A stretch of 14,996 nucleotides of DNA, from the NCBI RefSeq assembly GCF_006345805.1, contig NW_021825613.1, forward strand, positions 1-14,996, read 5' to 3'. Each line of letters begins with the position of its first letter. Position 1 is the stretch's first letter. Origin of the DNA: Octopus sinensis (taxonomy: Eukaryota). The notes beneath the pieces were generated by a model. It was not told where the DNA came from and searched no databases. It saw only the letters and a list, made by a program, of their open reading frames with translations. Positions 1 through 8,869 of this stretch are shown one piece after another. The position numbers and the translations under genes are program-made.

Positions 1-1
1 A

Positions 2-470
2 GTTGCTATGTACATCCGCGAGGACCTCACCCCCAGGTCCTTTTGTCATACTCAAATTCGTGAGTGACACACTAATTGTACATATGAGGCAACTCGGTGT
101 AGTTATATGTGCTACATATCGCCCTCCAGATGCTCCAAGTCATATAGGCAAGTTTGAGGACTGCCTTACAAAAATAGAATAAGTTCTATCACATTAGAAC
201 AACACATAAGCGTACTTCTTATGGGAGACTTCAATCTGCCCAATGTCAGATGGCCCGAGGGCCTTTCTCTCCCAGGAATGACACGATGCAAACGAGGACA
301 GGCGAGGTCCCTCCTGAACCTCATCAACACTCTGTACATGGAGCAAATACTACTCCAACCAACCAGGCAGTAACATCTGGATCTCTGCTTCACAAATAAT
401 ATGGATCTCATCCATAATGTGAAAGTGACACCGACACTACTCTCGGATCACAACATGGTAGAGTTGACCA
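2..470 (+). pseudogene. Apurinic-like (APE) endonuclease domain of the LINE ORF2, disrupted
   Basis: YRPP is in frame 3, while GDFN and SDH are in frame 2. In-frame TAA at 180-182 and 371-373. Motif order matches APE endonucleases of non-LTR elements. Confidence 0.87.
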
Positions 471-1122
471 TGTACAGGCCAAAGGAAAGTATGGACATGC
501 AGCCTACAAGAAACTCTCAGAATCTTTCCAGCTTAAACTTCCATAAGGCAAACTGGAAACAAATTGAGAAAGAGATCCTCAAACAAAACTGGCCTAAATG
601 TCTCTCCTCAAACAGACATCGACATGAATCTTCAACAATTCATGTCTGTAATGCAAGCCATATGCTATAAATGTGTCCCAGAGAGTAAGGCCACTGTACA
701 TAAGAACAAAATCCTCAGAGAGAGGAAAATTCTTATGAGACGGCGTACAAAAGATTCAAATCGCCTAAACAAACAAATTGAAAGCAGTGAAAAGTCCCGC
801 CTGAAAATAAAACTGCTGGAAATTGAAAAATGTCTGCAACTCTCCCATGAAAAAGAAAGAGCAGAAAAAGAAGCCTGGGCTATAGACAACATAAAATCTA
901 ACCCCCAGAGCTTTCTACAGGTATGCCAAAGAAACAGCTACGGTGCACTGTAGGATAGGGCCACTCCTTGAAAAAGATGGTGCACTCACAGGAAATCCAA
1001 TGAGGATAAGTGAAATACTAAATGAGTAATTCAAAAGTATTTTCACTCGACCCCAAGGGCATTTTCAAGTCAGCAATCCAACTGACTTCTTTACCACTGC
1101 AGATATAAAATCAGAGGCAACA

Positions 1123-2739
1123 ATGATTGATTACATCAATATAAAGGAAGACGATGTAATAAGGGCTATAGTTGAAATGAACCTAAACTCAGCTACTGGC
1201 CCCGATGGATTCTCAGCAATCCTTCTAAAAGTATGTAAGAGAGTCCCAGCAAGACCACTGCAGTTCCTCTTTCAGAGCTTCCTTGCAACTGGCAAACTTC
1301 CAAGAAAACTGAAGGAGGGTAAAGTATGCCCTATTCATAAAGGAGGTAGCAGAGCGGAGGCCAAGAACTGCAGACCTATCTCTCTGACCTCACACATCAG
1401 CAAAGTCATGGAACGAATAGTCAGAAGGAAACTAATCACCTTCCTTGAAGAAAATAACTTGCTACCTGACACCCAACATGGTTTCCGACCAGGAAGAAGC
1501 TGCCTAACTCAGCTCCTACAACACTACGACTGGGTGCTGAAACAACTGCTCAGCCACTCAATGTGGAAGTCATATCTCTCGACTTTGCAAAGGCCTTTGA
1601 TAAAGTCGATCATGGAATATATGTCACAAACTGCGTGATCTTGGCATAGTTGGAAAAATTGGGAGAATGGCTTCATGACTTTCTGAGGATAGAAGTCAGG
1701 TGGTAGTAGCCAATTGGGCCACCTCCAATAACACCAAATAGTGAGCGGTGTTCCGCAAGGCACTGTTTTGGGACCACTGCTGTTCATAATGGCCCTCTCA
1801 GACATGCCCTCAACCACGCAGAGAGCCACGATCACAAGTTATGCACATGATACAAAAGTTTCACAGGTAATACAAAACCCAGAAGACACTACGCACCTGC
1901 AATGTAAGCTGGACAAAATATACAAGTAGGCGGAAAAGTATAGCATGCAGTTCAATTCTGAAAAGTTTCAAGCTTTATGCTATAAGCATGCAAAACTAAA
2001 TGCAATACCCAATAAATACACTGGACTTGGAGGGATTGCAACCCCAGAGGCACAATCAGTGCGAGACCTGGGTATTTACATGAGTAATGATCCAACATTT
2101 CATGTGCATGTTGCTAAATTGACAATGAAATGTAGGTGGCTGACCAGATGGATTCTTAGAGCTTTTAGAACAAGAGACCAGGAAAATATGATGGTCCTCT
2201 AGAGGACACTTGTCCTAAGCCACTTTGACTATTGCTCTCAGCTATGGTCACCAACCAGTGTCAAATTAATCACAGAACTTGAGGCGATCCAACGAAGCTA
2301 CACGAAGAAGATAGCCTCTGTGCAGCATATAAGCTATTGGGAAAGACTCAAGAGATTAAGACTCTATTACTTAGAGAGTAGGCGAGAAAGATATGCCATA
2401 ATATACATCTGGAAGATCCTGGAAGGACTTGTCCCAAACTGTGGCATCGAGAGTTACACAAATACTAGAACTGGGCGCCAGTGCATAGTGTCAAAGACTC
2501 CAAATATGCCTTCAAGATGTCGGACAAGATACTGTGATAGCCTGGGCTTCAGAGGTCCACAGCTCTTCAATATCCTCCCGAAGGACCTGAGAGATCTGCA
2601 TGGGGTGGATGCAGATGTATTTAAAATAAAACTAGATCTCTTCTTGTCAGGTATCCCAGATGAACCAACTTCACGGCAGGAGGTGCAGATGAGGGCAGCT
2701 GCATCGAACTCTCTCATGCACCAAATGTCAATTGCTTAA
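1123..2739 (+). pseudogene. Reverse transcriptase and C-terminal region of the LINE ORF2, disrupted
   Basis: ORF fragments 1123-1638, 1741-1929, 1945-2202 and 2320-2739 carry RT motifs. Several frameshifts lie between ~1560 and ~1740, with stops at 1927-1929 and 2200-2202. The first Asp of the catalytic YADD is replaced by His (CAT at 1846-1848). Confidence 0.93.
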
Positions 2740-2845
2740 AAACATTCGTGAAGTAAAATTATGTAGCAACACCGAATGTCGGTGCCTCAGCATGGCCACA
2801 GCTCGTGAGCTGAAACTTTATAAAAATATATATATATACGTAGGA

Positions 2846-3189
2846 GGCGTAGGAGTGGCTGTGTGGTAAGTAGCTTGTTTACGAACCACATGTTTCCGGG
2901 TTCAGTCTCACTGCGTGGTACCATGTGAGTGGATTTGCTAGACAGAAACTGAAAGAATCCCATCGTATATATATATTTATATACATATATGTATATATGT
3001 GTGTGTATACGTTTGTGTGTCTGTGTTTGTTCCCCCAACATCGCTTGATAACCGATGGTTGTGTCTTTACGTCCCCGTAACTTAGCGGTTCAACAAATAA
3101 GACCGAATATCTCTGGGGGTCGATTTACTCGACTAAAGGCGGTGCTCCAGCATGGCCACAGTCAAATGACTGAAACAAGTAAAAGAGTA
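2846..3189 (+). mobile_element. tRNA-derived SINE, family A, copy 1 (two internal deletions)
   Basis: A-box-like TGGCTGTGTGG and B-box-like GGTTCAGTCTC. Colinear with 6186-6584. Internal (TA)/(TG) tract. Tail CGGTGCTCCAGCATGGCCACAGTCAAATGACTGAAAC followed by AAGTAAAAGAGTA. Confidence 0.9.
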
Positions 3190-3210
3190 TGTGTGTATGT
3201 GTATATATAT

Positions 3211-3557
3211 GGCACTCCGTCGGTTACGACGATGAGGGTTCCCGTTGATACGATCAACGGAACAGCGTGCTGGTGAAATTAACGTGCAAGTGGCTGAGTA
3301 CTTCACAGACACGTGTACCCTTAACGTAGTTCTCGGGTAGATTCAGCGGGACAAAGGCTGGCTCTTTGAAAAAGAGGTACTACAGAAATAGGAAGAAAGA
3401 TTGAGAGAAAGTTGTGATGAAAGATTGCAGCAGTGTTCGTCACCACCTACCGGATCCTGGGGTAGCTCTTTTCGCACAATAAACACTGGTCTGAGAAACG
3501 AAACCGCAATACCACGACCGTGAGTTCGCTGCCCTAACCAATGGGCCATTGCGCCTC
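3211..3557 (-). mobile_element. tRNA-derived SINE, family C (single copy in the window)
   Basis: Minus-strand head GAGGCGCAATGGCCCATTGGTTAGGGCAGCG, with A box at 3537-3548 and B-box-like GGTTTCGTTTCT at 3494-3505. The body matches a repeat I recall as abundant in octopus DNA (recall only). No TSD seen. Confidence 0.82.
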
Positions 3558-3561
3558 AATA

Positions 3562-3595
3562 ACACACACACACACACACACAAACATATATATAT
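3562..3595. repeat. (AC)n to (AT)n microsatellite spacer
   Basis: Directly visible between the two minus-strand SINEs. Confidence 0.9.
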
Positions 3596-3826
3596 TTTCT
3601 TTATTGCCCACAAGGGGCTAGACATAGAGGGGACAAACAAGGACAGACAAAGTGATTAAGTCGATTACATCGGCCCCAGTGCGTAACTGGTACTTTATTT
3701 ATCGACCCCGAAAGGATGAAAAGCAAAGTCGACCTCGACGGAATTTGAACTCTGAGCGTAACGGCAGACAAAATACGACGCTATGCATATCGCCCGGCGT
3801 GCTAACGTTTCTGCCAGCTCGCCGCC

Positions 3827-3827
<1 letters not shown>
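3596..3827 (-). mobile_element. tRNA-derived SINE, family B, full length, tail type 1
   Basis: Head GGCGGCGAGCTGGCAGAAACGTT (A box 3804-3816) and B box GAGTTCAAATTCC (3740-3752). Colinear with three other copies. Flanked by ACATATATATAT at 3584-3595 and 3828-3839, a possible but low-complexity TSD. Confidence 0.9.
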
Positions 3828-3880
<53 letters not shown>

Positions 3881-3900
3881 CGTACGTACGTATGTATGTA

Positions 3901-3936
<36 letters not shown>

Positions 3937-3953
3937 TGTATGTATGTATGTAT
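3828..3953. repeat. Compound microsatellite (TA)n, (TATG)n and (TACG)n
   Basis: Directly visible. Confidence 0.97.
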
Positions 3954-4076
3954 CATTGCACTGTGTAATATTTATGACATACAATTTCATTGGTTATTTG
4001 ATGCAGTCCGTTAAACTTCGACCGTCCATATTTATTACTCAGCTGTCACCATTTGATGCTGGATTCAGAAATACTA

Positions 4077-4230
4077 GAAAGAGAAAGTGAGCGAGAATGA
4101 GATAATGAGCTTTTGTGTATGCGTGAGAATGAGAGAGGGAGAGAGAGAGAAAGAAAAAGGGACAAAGGGCGGCAAAGTATAGAGAGAGTTGTTGAGAAAA
4201 GTGGGGAAAATGAGGGAAAAGAAATGGAGG
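4077..4230. repeat. GA-rich low-complexity polypurine tract
   Basis: Imperfect (GA)n and A/G runs. Confidence 0.6.
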
Positions 4231-4514
4231 AATGCGCAGAGACGAAACTTGAATTGTCGATTTAGTAAGTTTAACGCTTTCTACTCTGGAAAATGTCGAT
4301 GAAATGTACTAAGAAGTGGACGTCGGATAATGAGCAAATGTTATGTTGTGATCATACATTTATTAGTGACGATTTATGCGTCTATTTTGGGTCAGGGCAC
4401 CGATATATCAACGATTGAGCTCACATAAATACGAAACCTTATTCATGAAGCATAACCCTCTACAGGCTCTGTAGAGCAGAACTATTAAGGAAGAGATTTC
4501 TGGCGTTACCTTCA

Positions 4515-4882
4515 GAGCAGCAATGCTATGGTTAAGAACAGCACTTTGCAACCATGTTTTTTTCGATTTCAGTCCGACTGCGTGGCACCTTAAGCAATGT
4601 TTCTTCTACTATTGGCCTGGGCCGAACAATACCTTGTGAGTGAATTAAGTAGACGGAAATTGTGTGGAAGCCGGTCGTATATATGTGTGTTTATGTCTGT
4701 CTCCTCCACCGTTTGTCAACTCGGTTTAGCTTGTTTACGTCCCCGTCATTTAACGGGTTAGCACAAAAGAAATATAGTATAAATATCAGCATTAAAATTC
4801 GATTTTTTTTTTCTCCAAATCCTTCAATGCGGTGCCCAAGCATATCCACAACCCAGTCATTAAAACGAGTAAAAATGAAAGA
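4515..4882 (+). mobile_element. SINE family A, copy 2 (old, diverged)
   Basis: Aligns by eye to 6186-6584: CTGCGTGGCACCTT, CTTCTACTAT..GGCC, CCTTGTGAGTG, AGTAGACGGAAA, GTTTACGTCCCCGTCA, and tail CGGTGCCCAAGCAT...AAAC at 4830-4866. The head is degraded. Confidence 0.78.
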
Positions 4883-5438
4883 CGTAAGTTAGATATGTGT
4901 TTAGTGTCCTGTTTGTTAAAAGTGTAGGTCGTGATTGGAGGGAGATTTAGTTGATATATCCAGCAGATCAAATGAATGAATACAGGTCCTATCTCCCTCC
5001 TTCCAAATCCAAGTGGAGAACATTGGAACATTTAGATTACTCAATTTTAGGCATAGACAGTACACTTAGATTATAGATGGTTTGTTAAGTCGGCGGGGTG
5101 CAAATCCGATTATGCTGGCAGATGTGACCCAATAGAATATTTTCATGTCATCGTCTTATCCCTTAAGAAATTTACCCCTCGTTTTTGTGGTATAGAGCTA
5201 TGAACTACATGAATATAACGTTGTGATTACGAAAATAGTAGGCGTTTATTTAGGGTTTTTTCTATCACGATCATAGCGTATCTGCATCAAAATGGACGAT
5301 TGCAGAGAAAGAAATCAAGTTGAGGAACATAGGAAATGAGTTGGGATGAATACTTATCGACATTTATAGTAATATAGATACTTATATATTTTTGTGTGTG
5401 AATACTGAGTTTCTTATATTGTAAACTAATTTCTTTCA

Positions 5439-5568
5439 TATATGTGTGTGCACTATAGACTGTGTTGTGTATATAGTTGTTTGTATGCATATGAATATGT
5501 ATGTAAGTATATACTTATATATATGAGTGTGCGCAAATACCCACTACCATCCACGCACGTGCATACAC
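5439..5568. repeat. Degenerate TG/TATG low-complexity tract
   Basis: Imperfect alternating purine-pyrimidine repeats next to the 3' end of a SINE. Confidence 0.5.
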
Positions 5569-5749
5569 ATATTGGTTTAAAATTTTTGCACATGGTCAGC
5601 AAGTTTGCTCAACTGATACTTAATTTATCGACCACGAAAGGATGGAACGTAAAGTCGACCTCAGCAGAATGCGACTCAGATTATAAAACGGACGAAATAC
5701 CGCTAAGCATATTGTCCGACGTACTAACGACTCTGCCAGATCACCGCCT
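5569..5749 (-). mobile_element. SINE family B, diverged, tail type 3, internal deletion
   Basis: Plus-strand AAAGTCGACCTCAGCAGAAT, GAAATACCGCTAAGCAT and CTGCCAGATCACCGCCT match the other B copies. The GTCGATTACATCGAC hairpin block is missing (junction near 5606/5607). Confidence 0.82.
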
Positions 5750-6185
5750 TCAATCGCATTTACATAATGTTATTCAAATCTTTTGTTGATAACAAATGTA
5801 ATATTAAAGTATGCATGAGTCTGAGTGTCCATACTTTGGAGCTTTATAAGCCTTTAGCTTTCACCCTGACATTGCTATGGACATTGTATAGAGGAGAAAA
5901 GCGCTCGTTATTTTAGTGCATTCATCTAGAAGTTCTTCGGTCCAATCCCAGTGAAGACGCTAAGGTGAATCCCAAAGCACATGAAAAAGGCTGGAGCGTG
6001 CACAGCCGAAACATAATGAAAATGTTACAACCAAGATGAGGACACCCCTCCAACTAATATATAGTATAAAAATTTCTCATCTCAGAAAATACAGAGTACA
6101 TTAAATATAGTTTTGTGAAACATTTTGTTCATTTTATAAATGTTGATTTTTATATAATAAAAAAAAATATTTATATGTTTATCAT

Positions 6186-6584
6186 GGCGCAGGAGTGGCT
6201 GTGTTGTAAGTAGCTTGCTAACCAACCACATGGTTCCGGGTTCAGTCCCACTGCGTGGCATCTTGGGCAAATGTCTTCTGCTATAGCCCCGGGCCGACCA
6301 ATGCCTTGTGAGTGGATTTGGTAGACGGAAACTGAAAGAAGCCAGTCGTATATATGTATATTTATGTGTGTGTGTGTGTGTCTGTGTTTGTTCCCCTAGC
6401 ATTGCTTGACAACCGATGCTGGTGTGTTTACGTCCCCGTCACTTAGCGGTTCGGCAAAAGAGACCGATAGAATAAGTACTGGGCTTACAAAGAATAAGTC
6501 CTGGGGTCGATTTGCTCGACTAAAGGCGGTGCTCCAGCGTGGCCGCAGTCAAATGACTGAAACAAGTAAAAGAGTAAAAGAGTA
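6186..6584 (+). mobile_element. SINE family A, copy 3 (most complete)
   Basis: A-box-like 6196-6206, B box GGTTCAGTCCC 6239-6249, internal (TA)/(TG) tract ~6349-6381, 22-bp-period direct repeat 6469-6483/6491-6505, tail 6527-6563, terminal (AGTAAAAG)x2.5. Confidence 0.93.
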
Positions 6585-6595
6585 TTAGATTATGT

Positions 6596-6788
6596 AAGGC
6601 GGCGAGCTGGCAGAATTGTTAGCTTGCCGGGCGAAATGCTTAGCGGTATTTCGCCCGTCGCTACGTTCTGAGTTCAATTTACCTTTCATCCTTTGGGTCG
6701 ATAAATTAAATACCATTTGAGTACTGGGTTCGATGCAATCGACTATTCCCTTTCCCCATATTTCAGGCCTTGTGCCTATAGTAGAAAG
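6596..6788 (+). mobile_element. SINE family B, tail type 2, with a perfect 16-bp TSD
   Basis: GAGTATTAGATTATGT occurs at both 6580-6595 and 6789-6804. A box from 6608. About 17 nt are deleted after GAGTTCAA (6670-6677) relative to the 3596-3827 copy. Confidence 0.92.
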
Positions 6789-7035
6789 GAGTATTAGATT
6801 ATGTCAGATATCTCATGAATATTACTTGCATGGCAAGGTTGTTGGTAGTTAAACATGCAAACTAGATTTTGTTAGTGCGAAAGGGGATATATGGACAATA
6901 ACTGGATGAAAAAAAAACACAACAAAGATCAGCCTTCTAATAATAAGGATATTATTCATGTGTATAAATATGTGAAATTACATGCATGTAAAAATGCACA
7001 ACGGACAAGTACAGATTTACTTGTCTCCAACGTAG

Positions 7036-7402
7036 TGTAGCCCCCGGCCAGGATTTTATTAGTTATCCCTAGCTCCCTCATTCCTGCTAGTCTTGGATGT
7101 CCTGTAAAAGGTTATGAACCCCCCCACTTCCCTTTAGAGAATGGAACTCGTGTTATACAAGAGAACTCGAACGACTCAGAACAAACACGAAGAGTGAGTA
7201 GGCATTTCGTTGCAGCTGATGTTATCGTTAACCCGTTTTCGCCAATAAGACACCAACGCTTTCGCTGTTTACCCTTTCGTGAGAACATGGTAGGGTGAAT
7301 ATAAGTTGTTAGGTGAATATAAGTTGATGACTGCAGGCGGAGTATCGGTCATAAGATACGAGTATATAGGGAGAAATCCATGGCGGGGGGGCGGACGTTA
7401 CA
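7036..7402. mobile_element. Possible solo LTR (unconfirmed)
   Basis: 367-bp, GC-richer block bounded by TGTA...TACA, with a minus-strand AATAAA about 20 nt from one end. No TSD (flanks CGTAG / TCTTA). Confidence 0.25.
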
Positions 7403-7472
7403 TCTTATGAATAGATAGGAAGGCAACACAAAAAGTGACAAGATTCGATAGCGAATTGCAATCCATTTCACA

Positions 7473-7476
<4 letters not shown>

Positions 7477-7518
<42 letters not shown>

Positions 7519-7552
7519 ACACGTACGCACGCACTACACACACATACACACA
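7477..7552. repeat. (AC)n microsatellite, 18 pure units followed by imperfect repeats
   Basis: Directly visible. Confidence 0.97.
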
Positions 7553-7869
7553 ACCAAAGAAGCAATCACACATTAATGGTTACATTTATCTGTATCATTT
7601 TCTAAAAATAAACAGAAGCCCACACTGGCTTGGTGAAGAAATGTCTACGACATATCTCCAATAATAGAAATGACATTCTATTGTCGCTAGGATGATGAAA
7701 GACAGTGGAATTCTTGTGCGATTTAGAATTCAATTTAAAGCAAATAATGTAACGGAACACATTTTGTTGAATTTACCCTAACCTATTTCTATATTATATG
7801 TGTGTGTCTGGGGGAAGAAGTTTGCATTATATATATGAACTTACAGTTATGTGCGTGCGCGTGCGTGAT

Positions 7870-7871
<2 letters not shown>

Positions 7872-7930
<59 letters not shown>
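7872..7930. repeat. (TA)29 microsatellite
   Basis: Directly visible. Confidence 0.98.
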
Positions 7931-7933
<3 letters not shown>

Positions 7934-8330
7934 GGTTAACCAGGCAACCAATGGTTTCATATGAAGAGATATTCACAATTGTTCAAGCTTTACACATGGA
8001 ACTGTTGAAACTTGAAACTGTTGATCTATAGTAACCTAGTTCAAGTCTGGATAAAACCAACACGGGCAATCTTTTTGCAACACAAACAGGAAAAAATATA
8101 CATAACTATCCAAACATATATGGACATTAATATAAAAATTCTGTTCTGGATCAATTAGAAAATACTCTCTGTTGCACAACCATATCAAGGTAACAACAAA
8201 CAATTTTGTACTAATAAATCTTGTCATATTCTCACATATATGGACCAAAGTCTGGAGCGAAACTTTTCATGCAAGTGCAAAAGCTTAAAAACTCTAAAAC
8301 ATTTCAGCCTAATATTTTTCCTATCGGCGA

Positions 8331-8333
<3 letters not shown>

Positions 8334-8369
<36 letters not shown>
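8334..8369. repeat. (AT)18 microsatellite
   Basis: Directly visible. Confidence 0.98.
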
Positions 8370-8373
<4 letters not shown>

Positions 8374-8869
8374 ACCACGAAATCCCCATCACCTACACCT
8401 GCACCATAAACGACCCCCCACAATGTACGTAAAAACACTTTTACAGCTTTATACTGAGCAAGTCCTGTGAAAATTATTCTAAAAGTTTCCCTATCGCCCA
8501 TCGAAATAGCAAAAGTACATACACACGCATGAAAATATATATTTGTATACAAACAAGTTGGGAGACCGTCTTCTATTTTAATTTTCTTTTTCTCTGCTTT
8601 TTCTTTCTTCTTTTAAAAGTTTTAATATTTAAATTACTATTTCAAAATTAAATTTCATTTTTATTCCCATTTTTATGCATGAATATATACACACCTTAAA
8701 TAATGCCCCACTTTCGCATATATACAGTGGTCTAATATAGTGTATTATAGAATACGCGTATTTGAAACAGAATTGAAGAAAAATATATAAAGACATAGCG
8801 CACACATTCTACGTTCATAAAACACAAGGGTTAAAATTTCTACATATTAATCAAATTGCTGATAGAACA

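Larger units (their letters stand above)
1..2816 (+). mobile_element. Decayed non-LTR retrotransposon (LINE), CR1 group (exact clade not resolved); cut by the left window edge, 3' end present
   Basis: Motifs in order across shifting frames: VAMYIREDL (2-28), YRPP (117-128), GDFN (224-235), TR.*HLDL (362-385), SDH (443-451), FYRYAK and EILNE*FKSIFT (~912-1047), GPDG, NCRPISLTS, QHGFRPGRSCLTQL, LDFAKAFDKVDH (~1578-1613), GVPQGTVLGPLLF, YAHD (1840-1851), WERLKRL..LE.RRERY, FKIKLDLFL..IPDEP. Stop at 2737-2739, then a 77-nt 3' UTR ending in hairpins and an A/TA-rich tail. Confidence 0.95.

Noticed and set aside
166-1835. Minus-strand ORFs 166-411, 665-892 and 1524-1835
   Set aside because: Antisense shadows of the LINE coding region with no independent motifs.
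3652-4090. ORFs such as YIYIYI/MYVCMYVC
   Set aside because: Translations of (TA)n and (TATG)n repeats and SINE sequence.
2846-6677. tRNA gene calls for the A/B-box-bearing heads
   Set aside because: The cloverleafs are incomplete and each head continues into a multi-copy SINE body.
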